A stretch of DNA of 64,000 bases from Eledone cirrhosa (Eukaryota), in assembly GCA_964016885.1 (NCBI GenBank), contig OZ024741.1:402814001-402878000 (forward strand), given 5' to 3'. Made by a program: the position numbers and the translations under genes. Shown piece by piece: positions 15,899 through 30,467 of this stretch. Within the stretch, counting starts at the first letter, position 1. Each line of letters starts with the position of its first letter. The notes beneath the pieces were generated by a model. That model saw only the letters and a program-made list of their open reading frames with translations, searched no databases and had not been told where the DNA came from.

Positions 15899-16238
15899 GG
15901 CACATGGCTTAGTGTTTAGAGCATTGGCCTTGCAATCGAAAGGTTGTCAGTTCAATTGTCAGACCGGGTGATGTGTTGTTTCCTTGAGCAAGACACTTTA
16001 TTTCACATTGCTCCAGTTTACTCAGCTGTAGAAATGAGATGATAGGGACTGGGGTCCCTATCATTCCACTGCAAAGTGGTCGTGGAGGTGCCACAGCAAA
16101 AAAGCACCCAGTACTCACTGTAAATGAGGTTGGTGTTAGGAAGGGCATCCAGCTGTAGAAATCAAGCCAGAATCAGTTCCTGTCCCACCCTTGCAAGCAG
16201 GGAAAAGAGGACGTAAAATGAAATGATGATGAAATGAT
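15899..16238 (+). mobile_element. tRNA-derived SINE embedded in satellite, copy 1
   Basis: tRNA-like head GGCACATGGCTTAGTG...GTTCAATT, body with CCTTGAGCAAGACAC and AGGAAGGGCATCCAGCTGTAGAAA, (GAT)n-type tail. Inserted at TAATACAGA|GATG of a monomer. A-box and T-stem variants are shared by copies 1-3. Confidence 0.9.
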
Positions 16239-19213
16239 GATGTTGGGAGTTAAAAACAATCCCTCTAAAACTGTGGTGTCACATTTAATACAGAGATGTT
16301 GGAAGTTAAAAACAATCCCTCTAAAACTGTGGTGTCACATTTAATACAGAGATGTTGGGAGTTAAAAACAATCCCTCTAAAAATGTGGTGTCACATTTAA
16401 TACAGAGATGTGGCGAGTTAAAAACAATCCCGTTAAAACTGTGGTGTCATATTTAATACAGAGATGTGGGGAGTTAAAAAACAATCCCTCTAAATCTGTG
16501 GTGTCACATTTAATACAGAGATGTTGGGAGTTAAAAACAATCCCTCCAAAACTGTGGTGTCACATTTAATACAGAGATGTGGGGAGTTAAAAACAATCCC
16601 TCTAAAAGTGTGGTGTCACATTTAATACAGAGATGTTGGGAGTTAAAAATACTCCCTCTAAAACTGTGGTGTCACATTTAATACAGAGATGTGGGGAGTT
16701 AAAAACAATCCCTCTAAAAGTGTGGTGTCACATTTAATACAGAGATGTTGGGAGTTAAAAATACTCCCTCTAAAACTGTGGTGTCACATTTAATACAGAG
16801 ATGTGGGGAGTTAAAAATACTCCCTCTAAAACTGTGGTGTCACATTTAATACAGAGATGTGTGGAGTTAAAAACAATCCCTCTAAAACTGTGGTGTCACA
16901 TTTAATACAGAGATGTTGGGAGTTAAAAACAATCCCTCTAAAACTGTGGTGTCACATTTAATACAGAGATGTGGGGAGTTAAAAACAATCCCTCTAAAAC
17001 TGTGGTGTCACATTTAATACAGAGATGTGGGGAGTTAAAAACAATCCCTCTAAAACTGTGGTGTCACATTTAATACAGAGATGCTGGGAGTTAAAAACAA
17101 TCCCTCTAAAACTGTGGTGTCACATTTAATACAGAGATGTTGGGAGTTAAAAACAATCCCTCTAAAACTGTGGTGTCACATTTAATACAGAGATGCTGGG
17201 AGTTAAAAACAATCCGTCTAAAATTGTGGTGTCACATTTAATACAGAGATACAGGGAGTTAAAAACAATCCCTCTAAAACTGTGGTGTCACATTTAATAC
17301 AGAGATGTTGGGAGTTAAAAACAATCCCTCTAAAACTGTGGTGTCACATTTAATGCAGAGATGTTGGGAGTTAAAAAACAATCCCTCTAAAACTGTGGTG
17401 TCACATTTAATACAGAGATTTGGGAGTTAAAAACAATCCCTCTAAAACTGTGGTGTCACATTTAATACAGAGATGCTGGGAGTTAAAAACAATCCCTCTA
17501 AAACTGTGGTGTCACATTTAATACAGAGATGTTGGGAGTTAAAAACAATCCCTCCAAAACTGTGGTGTCACATTTAATACAGAGATGTGGCGAGTTAAAA
17601 AACAATCCCTCTAAAACTGTGGTGTCACATTTAATACAGAGATATTGGGAGTTAAAAACAATCCCTCCAAAACTGTGGTGTCACATTTAATACAGAGATG
17701 TGGGGAGTTAAAAAACAATCCCTCTAAAACTGTGGTGTCACATTTAATACAGAGATGTGGGGAGTTAAAAACAATCCCTCTAAAACTGTGGTGTCACATT
17801 TAATACAGAGATGTGGGGAGTTAAAAAACAATCCCTCTAAAACTGTGGTGTCACATATAATACAGAGATGTTGGGAGTTAAAAACAATCCCTCTAAAACT
17901 GTGGTGTCACATTTAATACAGAGATGCTGGGAGTTAAAAACAATCCCTCTAAAACTGTGGTGTCACATTTAATACAGAGATGCTGGGAGTTAAAAACAAT
18001 CCGTCTAAAATTGTGGTGTCACATTTAATACAGAGATGCTGGGAGTTAAAAACAATCCCTCTAAAACTGTGGTGTCACATTTAATACAGAGATGTTGGGA
18101 GTTAAAAACAATCCCTCTAAAACTGTGGTGTCACATTTAATGCAGAGATGTTGGGAGTTAAAAAACAATCCCTCCAAAACTGTGGTGTCACATTTAATAC
18201 AGAGATGTTGGGAGTTAAAAACAATCCCTCTAAAACTGTGGTGTCACATTTAATACAGAGATGTGGCGAGTTAAAAACAATCCCGTTAAAACTGTGGTGT
18301 CACATTTAATACAGAGATGTGGGGAGTTAAAAAACAATCCCTCTAAATCTGTGGTGTCACATTTAATACAGAGATGTTGGGAGTTAAAAACAATCCCTCC
18401 AAAACTGTGGTGTCACATTTAATACAGAGATATTGGGAGTTAAAAACAATCCCTCTAAAACTGTGGTGTCACATTTAATACAGAGATGTGGGGAGTTAAA
18501 AACAATCCCGCTAAAACTGTGGTGTCACATTTAATACAGAGATGTGGGGAGTTAAAAACAATCCCTCTAAAACTGTGGTGTCACATTTAATACAGAGATG
18601 TTGGGAGTGAAAAAACAATCCCTCTAAAACTGTGGTGTCACATTTAATACAGAGATGTGGGGAGTTAAAAACAATCCCTCTAAAAGTGTGGTGTCACATT
18701 TAATACAGAGATGTTGGGAGTTAAAAATACTCCCTCTAAAACTGTGGTGTCACATTTAATACAGAGATGTGGGGAGTTAAAAATACTCCCTCTAAAACTG
18801 TGGTGTCACATTTAATACAGAGATGTTGGGAGTGAAAAACAATCCCTCTAAAACTGTGGTGTCACATTTAATACAGAGATGTGTGGAGTTAAAAACAATC
18901 CCTCTAAAACTGTGGTGTCACATTTAATACAGAGATGTGGGGAGTTAAAAACAATCCCTCTAAAACTGTGGTGTCATATTTAATACAGAGATGTGGGGAG
19001 TTAAAAACAATCCCTCTAAAACTGTGGTGTCACATTTAATACAGAGATGTGGGGAGTTAAAAACAATCCCTCTAAAACTGTGGTGTCACATTTAATACAG
19101 AGATGTGGGGAGTTAAAAACAATCCCTCTAAAACTGTGGTGTCACATTTAATACAGAGATGTGGGGAGTTAAAAACAGTCCCTCTAAAACTGTGGTGTCA
19201 CATTTAATACAGA

Positions 19214-19553
19214 GGCACATGGCTTAGTGTTTAGAGCATTGGCCTTGCAATCGAAAGGTTGTCAGTTCAATTGTCAGACCGGGTGATGTGTTGTTTCCTT
19301 GAGCAAGACACTTTATTTCACATTGCTCCAGTTTACTCAGCTGTAGAAATGAGATGATAGGGACTGGGGTCCCTATCATTCCACTGCAAAGTGGTCGTGG
19401 AGGTGCCACAGCAAAAAAGCACCCAGTACTCACTGTAAATGAGGTTGGTGTTAGGAAGGGCATCCAGCTGTAGAAATCAAGCCAGAATCAGTTCCTGTCC
19501 CACCCTTGCAAGCAGGGAAAAGAGGACGTAAAATGAAATGATGATGAAATGAT
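19214..19553 (+). mobile_element. satellite-embedded SINE, copy 2
   Basis: Appears identical to copy 1, with the same insertion point, 3315 bp downstream. Confidence 0.9.
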
Positions 19554-21240
19554 GATGTTGGGAGTTAAAAACAATCCCTCTAAAACTGTGGTGTCACATT
19601 TAATACAGAGATGTTGGAAGTTAAAAACAATCCCTCTAAAACTGTGGTGTCACATTTAATACAGAGATGTGGGGAGTTAAAAACAATCCCTCTAAAACTG
19701 TGGTGTCACATTTAATACAGAGATGTGGGGAGTTAAAAACAATGCCTCTAAAACTGTGGTTTCACATTTAATACAGAGATGTGGGGAGTTAAAAACAATC
19801 CTTCTAAAACTGTGGTGTCACATTTAATACAGAGATGTGGGGAGTTAAAAACAATCCCTCTAAAACTGTGGTGTCACATTTAATACAGAGATGCTGGGAG
19901 TTAAAAACAATCCGTCTAAAATTGTGGTGTCACATTTAATACAGAGATACAGGGAGTTAAAAACAATCCCTCTAAAACTGTGGTGTCACATTTAATACAG
20001 AGATGTTGGGAGTTAAAAACAATCCCTCTAAAACTGTGGTGTCACATTTAATGCAGAGATGTTGGGAGTTAAAAAACAATCACCTCCAAAACTGTGGTGT
20101 CACATTTAATACAGAGATGTTGGGAGTTAAAAACAATCCCTCTAAAACTGTGGTGTCACATTTAATACAGAGATGTTGGGAGTTAAAAACAATCCCTCTA
20201 AAACTGTGGTGTCACATTTAATACAGAGATGCTGGGAGTTAAAAACAATCCCTCTAAAACTGTGGTGTCACATTTAATACAGAGATGTTGGGAGTTAAAA
20301 ACAATCCCTCCAAAACTGTGGTGTCACATTTAATACAGAGATGTGGCGAGTTAAAAAACAATCCCTCTAAAACTGTGGTGTCACATTTAATACAGAGATA
20401 TTGGGAGTTAAAAACAATCCCTCCAAAGCTGTGGTTTTACATTTAATACAGAGATGTGGGGAGTTAAAAAACAATCCCTCTAAAACTGTGGTGTCACATT
20501 TAATACAGAGATGTGGGGAGTTAAAAACAATCCCTCTAAAACTGTGGTGTCACATTTAATACAGAGATGTGAGGAGTTAAAAAACAATCCCTCTAAAACT
20601 GTGGTGTCACATTTAATACAGAGATGTTGGGAGTTAAAAACAATCCCTCTAAAACTGTGGTGTCACATTTAATACAGAGATGCTGGGAGTTAAAAACAAT
20701 CCCTCTAAAACTGTGGTGTCACATTTAATACAGAGATGCTGGGAGTTAAAAACAATCCGTCTAAAATTGTGGTGTCACATTTAATACAGAGATGCTGGGA
20801 GTTAAAAACAATCCCTCTAAAACTGTGGTGTCACATTTAATACAGAGATGTTGGGGGTTAAAAACAATCCCTCTAAAACTGTGGTGTCACATTTAATGCA
20901 GAGATGTTGGGAGTTAAAAAACAATCCCTCCAAAACTGTGGTGTCACATTTAATACAGAGATGTTGGGAGTTAAAAACAATCCCTCTAAAACTGTGGTGT
21001 CACATTTAATACAGAGATGTGGCGAGTTAAAAACAATCCCGTTAAAACTGTGGTGTCACATTTAATACAGAGATGTGGGGAGTTAAAAAACAATCCCTCT
21101 AAATCTGTGGTGTCACATTTAATACAGAGATGTTGGGAGTTAAAAACAATCCCTCCAAAACTGTGGTGTCACATTTAATACAGAGATGTGGGGAGTTAAA
21201 AACAGTCCCTCTAAAACTGTGGTGTCACATTTAATACAGA

Positions 21241-21580
21241 GGCACATGGCTTAGTGTTTAGAGCATTGGCCTTGCAATCGAAAGGTTGTCAGTTCAATTG
21301 TCAGACCGGGTGATGTGTTGTTTCCTTGAGCAAGACACTTTATTTCACATTGCTCCAGTTTACTCAGCTGTAGAAATGAGATGATAGGGACTGGGGTCCC
21401 TATCATTCCACTGCAAAGTGGTCGTGGAGGTGCCACAGCAAAAAAGCACCCAGTACTCACTGTAAATGAGGTTGGTGTTAGGAAGGGCATCCAGCTGTAG
21501 AAATCAAGCCAGAATCAGTTCCTGTCCCACCCTTGCAAGCAGGGAAAAGAGGACGTAAAATGAAATGATGATGAAATGAT
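21241..21580 (+). mobile_element. satellite-embedded SINE, copy 3
   Basis: Same sequence and diagnostic variants (AGTGTTTAG, TGTCAGTTCAATTGTC) as copies 1-2. Confidence 0.9.
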
Positions 21581-24500
21581 GATGTTGGGAGTTAAAAACA
21601 ATCCCTCTAAAACTGTGGTGTCACATTTAATACAGAGATGTTGGGAGTTAAAAACAATCCCTCTAAAACTGTGGTGTCACATTTAATACAGAGATGTGGG
21701 GAGTTAAAAACAATCCCTCTAAAACTGTGGTGTCACATTTAATACAGAGATGTGGGGAGTTAAAAGCAATCCCTCTAAAACTGTGGTGTCACATTTAATA
21801 CAGAGATGTGGGGAGTTAAAAACAATCCCTCTAAAACTGTGGTGTCACATTTAATACAGAGATGTGGGGAGTTAAAAAACAATCCCTCTAAAACTGTGGT
21901 GTCACATTTAATACAGAGATGTGGGGAGTTAAAAACAATCCCTCTAAAACTGTGGTGTCACATTTAATACAGAGATGTGGGGAGTTAAAAACAATCCCTC
22001 TAAAACTGTGGTGTCACATTTAATACAGAGATGTGGGGAGTTAAAAAACAATCCCTCTAAAACTGTGGTGTCACATTTAATACAGAGATGTGGGGAGTTA
22101 AAAACAATCCCTCTAAAACTGTCGTGTCACATTTAATACAGAGATGTGGGGAGTTAAAAAACAATCCCTCTAAAACTATGGTGTCACATTTAATACAGAG
22201 ATGTGGGGAGTTAAAAACAACCCTCTAAAACTGTGGTCTCACATTTAATACAGAGATGCTGGGAGTTAAAAACAATCACTCTAAAACTGTGGTGTCACAT
22301 TTAATACAGAGATGTGGGGAGTTAAAAAACAATCCCTCTAAGACTCTGGTGTCACATTTAATACAGACATGTTGGGAGTTAAAAACAATCCCTCTAAAAC
22401 TGTGGTGTCACATTTAATACAGAGATGCTGGGAGTTAAAAACAATCCCTCTAAAACTGTGGTGTCACATTTAATACAGAGATGCTGGGAGTAAAAAACAA
22501 TCCGTCTAAAATTGTGGTGTCACATTTAATACAGAGATGCTGGGAGTTAAAAACAATCCCTCTAAAACTGTGGTGTCACATTTAATACAGAGATGTTGGG
22601 AGTTAAAAACAATCCCTCTAAAACTGTGGTGTCACATTTAATGCAGAGATGTTGGGAGTTAAAAAACAATCCCTCCAAAACTGTGGTGTCACATTTAATA
22701 CAGAGATGTTGGGAGTTAAAAACAATCCCTCTAAAACTGTGGTGTCACATTTAGTACAGAGATGTGGGGAGTTAAAAACAGTCCCTCTAAAACTGTGGTG
22801 TCACATTTAATACAGAAATGTGGGGAGTTAAAAACAATCCCTCTAAAACTGTGGTGTCACATTTAATACAGAGATGTGGGGAGTTAAAAAACAATCCATC
22901 TAAAACTGTGGTGTCACATTTAATACAGAGATGTGGGGAGTTAAAAACAATCCCTCTAAAACTGTGGTGTCACATTTAATACAGAGATGTGGGGAGTTAA
23001 AAAACAATCCCTCTAAAACTATGGTGTCACATTTAATACAGAGATGTGGGGAGTTAAAAACAATCCCTCTAAAACTGTGGTGTCACATTTAATACAGAGA
23101 TGTTGGGAGTTAAAAACAATCCCTCTAAAACTGTGGTGTCACATTTAATACAGAGATGTGGGGAGTTAAAAACAATCCCGCTAAAACTGTGGTGTCACAT
23201 TTAATACAAAGATGTGGGGAGTTAAAAAACAATCCCTCTAAAACTGTGTTGTCACATTTAATACAGAGATGTTGGGAGTTAAAAACAATCCCTCTAAAAC
23301 TGTGGTGTCACATTTAATACAGAGATGTTGGGAGTTAAAAACAATCCCTCCAAAACTGTGGTGTCACATTTAATACAGAGATGTGGAGAGTTAAAAAACA
23401 ATCCCTCTAAAACTGTGGTGTCACATTTAATACAGAGATATTGGGAGTTAAAAACAATCCCTCCAAAACTGTGGTGTCACATTTAATACAGAGATGTGGG
23501 GAGTTAAAAAACAATCCCTCTAAAACTGTGGTGTCACAATTAATACAGAGATGTGGGGAGTTAAAAACAATCCCTCTAAAACTGTGGTGTCACATTTAAT
23601 ACAGAGATGTGGGGAGTTAAAAAACAATCCCTCTAAAACTGTGGTGTCACATTTAATACAGAGATGTTGGGAGTTAAAAACAATCCCTCTAAAACTGTGG
23701 TGTCACATTTAATACAGAGATGCTGGGAGTTAAAAACAATCCCTCTAAAACTGTGGTGTCACATTTAATACAGAGATGCTGGGAGTTAAAAACAATCCGT
23801 CTAAAATTGTGGTGTCACATTTAATACAGAGATGCTGGGAGTTAAAAACAATCCCTCAAAAACTGTGGTGTCACATTTAATACATAGATGTTGGGAGTTA
23901 AAAACAATCCCTCTAAAACTGTGGTGTCACATTTAATGCAGAGATGTTGGGAGTTAAAAAACAATCCCTCCAAAACTGTGGTGTCACATTTAATACAGAG
24001 ATGTTGGGAGTTAAAAACAATCCCTCTAAAACTGTGGTGTCACATTTAATACAGAGATGTGGGGAGTTGAAAACAATCCCGCTAAAACTGTGGTGTCACA
24101 TTTAATACAGAGATGTGGGGAGTTAAAAAACAATCCCTCTAAAACTGTGGTGTCATATTTAATACAGAGATGTTGGGAGTTAAAAACAATCCCTCCAAAG
24201 CTGTGGTGTCACATTTAATACAGAGATATTGGGAGTTAAAAACAATCCCTCTAAAACTGTGGTGTCACATTTAATACAGAGATGTTGGGAGTTAAAAACA
24301 ATCCCTCTAAAACTGTGGTGTCACATTTAATACAGAGATGTGGGGAGTTAAAAACAATCCCTCTAAAACTGTGGTGTCACATTTAATACAGAGATGTGGG
24401 GAGTTAAAAAACAATCCCTCCAAAACTGTGGTGTCACATTTAATACAGAGATGTGGGGAGTTAAAAACAATCCCTCTAAAAGTGTGGTGTCACATTTAAT

Positions 24501-24785
24501 ACAGAGATGTTGGGAGTTAAAAATACTCCCTCTAAACTGTGGTGTCACATTTAATACAGAGATGTGGGGAGTTAAAAATACTCCCTCTAAAACTGTCATG
24601 TCACATTTAATACAGAGATGTGTGGAGTTAAAAACAATCCCTCTAAAACTGTGGTGTCACATTTAATACAGAGATGTGGGGAGTTAAAAACAATCCCTCT
24701 AAAAGTGTGGTGTCACATTTAATACAGAGATGTTGAGAGTGAAAAAACAATCCCTCTAAAACTGTGGTGTCATATTTAATACAGA

Positions 24786-25125
24786 GGCACATGGCTTAGT
24801 GGTTAGAGCATTGGCCTTGCAATCGAAAGGTTGTGAGTTCAATTCTCAGACCGGGTGATGTGTTGTTTCCTTGAGCAAGACACTTTATTTCACATTGCTC
24901 CAGTTTACTCAGCTGTAGAAATGAGATGATAGGGACTGGGGTCCCTATCATTCCACTGCAAAGTGGTCGTGGAGGTGCCACAGCAAAAAAGCACCCAGTA
25001 CTCACTGTAAATGAGGTTGGTGTTAGGAAGGGCATCCAGCTGTAGAAATCAAGCCAGAATCAGTTCCTGTCCCACCCTTGCAAGCAGGGAAAAGAGGACG
25101 TAAAATGAAATGATGACGAAATGAT
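24786..25125 (+). mobile_element. satellite-embedded SINE, copy 4
   Basis: Intact A box TGGCTTAGTGG and B box GAGTTCAATTC; same insertion point. Confidence 0.9.
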
Positions 25126-25741
25126 GATGTTGGGAGTTAAAAACAATCCCTCTAAAACTGTGGTGTCACATTTAATACAGAGATGTTGGGAGTTAAAAAC
25201 AATCCATCTAAAACTGTGGTGTCACATTTAATACAGAGATGTGGGGAGTTAAAAATACTCCCTCTAAAACTGTGGTGTCACATTTAATACAGAGATGCGG
25301 GGAGTTAAAAACAATGCCTCTAAAACTGTGGTTTCACATTTAATACAGAGATGTGGGGAGTTAAAAACAATCCCTCTAAAACTGTGGTGTCACATTTAAT
25401 ACAGAGATGTGGGGAGTTAAAAACAATCCCTCTAAAACTGTGTTGTCACATTTAATACAGAGATGTGGGGAGTTAAAAACAATCCCTCTAAAACTGTGGT
25501 GTCACATTTAATACAGAGATGTGGGGAGTTAAAAACAATCCCTCTAAAACTGTGGTGTCATATTTAATACAGAGATGTGGGGAGTTACAAACAATCCCTC
25601 TAAAACTGTGGTGTCACATTTAATACAGAGATGTGGGGAGTTAAAAACAATCCCTCTAAAACTGTGGTGTCACATTTAATACAGAGATGTGGGGAGTTAA
25701 AAACAGTCCCTCTAAAACTGTGGTGTCACATTTAATACAGA

Positions 25742-26081
25742 GGCACATGGCTTAGTGGTTAGAGCATTGGCCTTGCAATCGAAAGGTTGTGAGTTCAATT
25801 CTCAGACCGGGTGATGTGATGTTTCCTTGAGCAAGACACTTTATTTCACATTGCTCCAGTTTACTCAGCTGTAGAAATGAGATGATAGGGACTGGGGTCC
25901 CTATCATTCCACTGCAAAGTCGTCGTGGAGGTGCCACAGCAAAAAAGCACCCAGGACTCAGTGTAAATGAGGTTGGTGTTAGGAAGGGCATCCAGCTGTA
26001 GAAATCAAGCCAGAATCAGTTCCTGTCCCACCCTTGCAAGCAGGGAAAAGAGGACGTAAAATGAAATGATGATGAAATGAT
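25742..26081 (+). mobile_element. satellite-embedded SINE, copy 5
   Basis: Same element with a few private substitutions. Confidence 0.9.
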
Positions 26082-26921
26082 GATGTTGGGAGTTAAAAAC
26101 AATCCCTCTAAAACTGTGGTGTCACATTTAATACAGAGATGTTGGGAGTTAAAAACAATCCCTCTAAAACTGTGGTGTCACATTTAATACAGAGATGTGG
26201 GGAGTTAAAAATACTCCCTCTAAAACTGTGGTGTCACATTTAATACAGAGATGTTGGGAGTTAAAAACAATCCCTCTAAAACTGTGGTTTCACATTTAAT
26301 ACAGAGATGTGGGGAGTTAAAAACAATCCCTCTAAAACTGTGGTGTCACATTTAATACAGAGATGTGGGGAGTTAAAAACAATCCCTCTAAAACTGTGGT
26401 GTCACATTTAATACAGAGATGTGGGGAGTTAAAAACAATCCCTCTAAAACTGTGGTGTCACATTTAATACAGAGATGTGGGGAGTTAAAAACAATCCCTC
26501 TAAAACTGTGGTGTCATATTTAATACAGAGATGTGGGGAGTTACAAACAATCCCTCTAAAACTGTGGTGTCACATTTAATACAAAGATGTGGGGAGTTAA
26601 AAACAATTCCTCTAAAACTGTGGTGTCACATTTAATACAGAGATGTGGGGAGTTAAAAACAATCCCTCTAAAACTGTGGTGTCACATCTAATACAGAGAT
26701 GTGGGGAGTTAAAAACAATCCCTCTAAAACTGTGGTGTCATATTTAATACAGAGATGTGGGGAGTTACAAACAATCCCTCTAAAACTGTGGTGTCACATT
26801 TAATACAAAGATGTGGGGAGTTAAAAACAATCCCTCTAAAACTGTGGTGTCACATTTAATACAGAGATGTGGGGAGTTAAAAACAGTCCCTCTAAAACTG
26901 TGGTGTCACATTTAATACAGA

Positions 26922-27261
26922 GGCACATGGCTTAGTGGTTAGAGCATTGGCCTTGCAATCGAAAGGTTGTGAGTTCAATTCTCAGACCGGGTGATGTGTT
27001 GTTTCCTTGAGCAAGACACTTTATTTCACATTGCTCCAGTTTACTCAGCTGTAGAAATGAGATGATAGGGACTGGGGTCCCTATCATTCCAATGCAAAGT
27101 GGTCGTGGAGGCGCCACGGCAAAAAAGCACCCAGTACTCACTGTAAATGACGTTGGTGTTAGGAAGGGCATCCAGCTGTAGAAATCAAGCCAGAATCAGT
27201 TCCTGTCCCACCCTTGCAAGCAGGGAAAAGATGACGTAAAATGAAATGATGATGAAATGAT
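26922..27261 (+). mobile_element. satellite-embedded SINE, copy 6
   Basis: Subtype with CCAATGC, GGCGCCACGG and AAAAGATGAC, shared with copies 7-8. Confidence 0.9.
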
Positions 27262-28496
27262 GATGTTGGGAGTTAAAAACAATCCCTCTAAAACTGTGGT
27301 GTCACATTTAATACAGAGATGTTGGGAGTTAAAAACAATCCCTCTAAAACTGTGGTGTCACATTTAATACAGAGATGTGGGGAGTTAAAAATACTCCCTC
27401 TAAAACTGTGGTGTCACATTTAATACAGAGATGCTGGGAGTTAAAAACAATCCCTCTAAAACTGTGGTTTCACATTTAATACAGAGATGTGGGGAGTTAA
27501 AAACAATCCCTCTAAAACTGTGGTGTCACATTTAATACAGAGATGTGGGGAGTTAAAAACTATCCCTCTAAAACTGTGGTGTCACATTTAATACAGAGAT
27601 GTGGGGAGTTAAAAACAATCCCTCTAGAACTGTGGTGTCACATTTAATACAGAGATGTGGGGAGTTAAAAAACAATCCCTCTAAAACTGTGGTGTCACAT
27701 TTAATACAGAGATGTGGGGAGTTAAAAACAATCCCTCTAAAACTGTGGTGTCACATTTAATACAGAGATGTGGGGAGTTAAAAAACAATCCCTCTAAATC
27801 TGTGGTGTCACATTTAATACAGAGATGCTGGGAGTTAAAAACAATCCCTCTAAAACTGTGGTGTCACATTTAATACAGAGATGCTGGGAGTTAAAAACAA
27901 TCCCTCTAAAACTGTGGTGTCACATTTAATGCAGAGATGTTGGGAGTTAAAAAACAATCCCTCCAAAACTGTGGTGTCACATTTAATACAGAGATGTGGG
28001 GAGTTAAAAACAATCCCTCTAAAACTGTGGTGTCACATTTAATACAGAGATGTGGGGAGTTAAAAACAATCCCTCTAAAACTGTGGTGTCATATTTAATA
28101 CAGAGATGTGGGGAGTTACAAACAATCCCTCTAAAACTGTGGTGTCACATTTAATGCAAAGATGTGGGGAGTTAAAAACAATCCCTCTAAAACTGTGGTG
28201 TCACATTTAATACAGAGATGTGGGGAGTTAAAAACAATCCCTCTAAAACTGTGGTGTCACATCTAATACAGAGATGTGGGGAGTTAAAAACAATCCCTCT
28301 AAAACTGTGGTGTCATATTTAATACAGAGATGTGGGGAGTTACAAACAATCCCTCTAAAACTGTGGTGTCACATTTAATACAAAGATGTGGGGAGTTAAA
28401 AACAATCCCTCTAAAACTGTGGTGTCACATTTAATACAGAGATGTGGGGAGTTAAAAACAGTCCCTCTAAAACTGTGGTGTCACATTTAATACAGA

Positions 28497-28836
28497 GGCA
28501 CATGGCTTAGTGGTTAGAGCATTGGCCTTGCAATCGAAAGGTTGTGAGTTCAATTCTCAGACCGGGTGATGTGTTGTTTCCTTGAGCAAGACACTTTATT
28601 TCACATTGCTCCAGTTTACTCAGCTGTAGAAATGAGATGATAGGGACTGGGGTCCCTATCATTCCAATGCAAAGTGGTCGTGGAGGCGCCACGGCAAAAA
28701 AGCACCCAGTACTCACTGTAAATGACGTTGGTGTTAGGAAGGGCATCCAGCTGTAGAAATCAAGCCAGAATCAGTTCCTGTCCCACCCTTGCAAGCAGGG
28801 AAAAGATGACGTAAAATGAAATGATGATGAAATGAT
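28497..28836 (+). mobile_element. satellite-embedded SINE, copy 7
   Basis: As copy 6; 1575 bp downstream. Confidence 0.9.
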
Positions 28837-30127
28837 GATGTTGGGAGTTAAAAACAATCCCTCTAAAACTGTGGTGTCACATTTAATACAGAGATGTTGG
28901 GAGTTAAAAACAATCCCTCTAAAACTGTGGTGTCACATTTAATACAGAGATGTGGGGAGTTAAAAATACTCCCTCTAAAACTGTGGTGTCACATTTAATA
29001 CAGAGATGCTGGGAGTTAAAAACAATCCCTCTAAAACTGTGGTTTCACATTTAATACAGAGATGTGGGGAGTTAAAAACAATCCCTCTAAAACTATGGTG
29101 TCACATTTAATACAGAGATGTGGGGAGTTAAAAACTATCCCTCTAAAACTGTGGTGTCACATTTAATACAGAGATGTGGGGAGTTAAAAACAATCCCTCT
29201 AGAACTGTGGTGTCACATTTAATACAGAGATGTGGGGAGTTAAAAAACAATCCCTCTAAAACTGTGGTGTCACATTTAATACAGAGATGTGGGGAGTTAA
29301 AAACAATCCCTCTAAAACTGTGGTGTCACATTTAATACAGAGATGTGGGGAGTTAAAAAACAATCCCTCTAAATCTGTGGTGTCACATTTAATACAGAGA
29401 TGCTGGGAGTTAAAAACAATCCCTCTAAAACTGTGGTGTCACATTTAATACAGAGATGCTGGGAGTTAAAAACAATCCCTCTAAAACTGTGGTGTCACAT
29501 TTAATGCAGAGATGTTGGGAGTTAAAAAACAATCCCTCCAAAACTGTGGTGTCACATTTAATACAGAGATGTGGGGAGTTAAAAACAATCCCTCTAAAAC
29601 TGTGGTGTCACATTTAATACAGAGATGTGGGGAGTTAAAAACAATCCCTCTAAAACTGTGGTGTCACATTTAATACAGAGATGTGGGGAGTTAAAAACAA
29701 TCCCTCTAAAACTGTGGTGTCATATTTAATACAGAGATGTGGGGAGTTACAAACAATCCCTCTAAAACTGTGGTGTCACATTTAATACAAAGATGTGGGG
29801 AGTTAAAAACAATCCCTCTAAAACTGTGGTGTCACATTTAATACAGAGATGTGGGGAGTTAAAAACAATCCCTCTAAAACTGTGGTGTCACATCTAATAC
29901 AGAGATGTGGGGAGTTAAAAACAATCCCTCTAAAACTGTGGTGTCATATTTAATACAGAGATGTGGGGAGTTACAAACAATCCCTCTAAAACTGTGGTGT
30001 CACATTTAATACAAAGATGTGGGGAGTTAAAAACAATCCCTCTAAAACTGTGGTGTCACATTTAATACAGAGATGTGGGGAGTTAAAAACAGTCCCTCTA
30101 AAACTGTGGTGTCACATTTAATACAGA

Positions 30128-30467
30128 GGCACATGGCTTAGTGGTTAGAGCATTGGCCTTGCAATCGAAAGGTTGTGAGTTCAATTCTCAGACCGGGTGA
30201 TGTGTTGTTTCCTTGAGCAAGACACTTTATTTCACATTGCTCCAGTTTACTCAGCTGTAGAAATGAGATGATAGGGACTGGGGTCCCTATCATTCCAATG
30301 CAAAGTGGTCGTGGAGGCGCCACGGCAAAAAAGCACCCAGTACTCACTGTAAATGACGTTGGTGTTAGGAAGGGCATCCAGCTGTAGAAATCAAGCCAGA
30401 ATCAGTTCCTCTCCCACCCTTGCAAGCAGGGAAAAGATGACGTAAAATGAAATGATGATGAAATGAT
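30128..30467 (+). mobile_element. satellite-embedded SINE, copy 8
   Basis: As copies 6-7; 1631 bp (1575 plus one monomer) downstream of copy 7. Confidence 0.9.

Noticed and set aside
15909-16148. Ten-copy 79-aa ORF MPFLTPTSF...
   Set aside because: It is the antisense reading of a SINE; the same start recurs in dispersed SINE copies at 49348 and about 52817.
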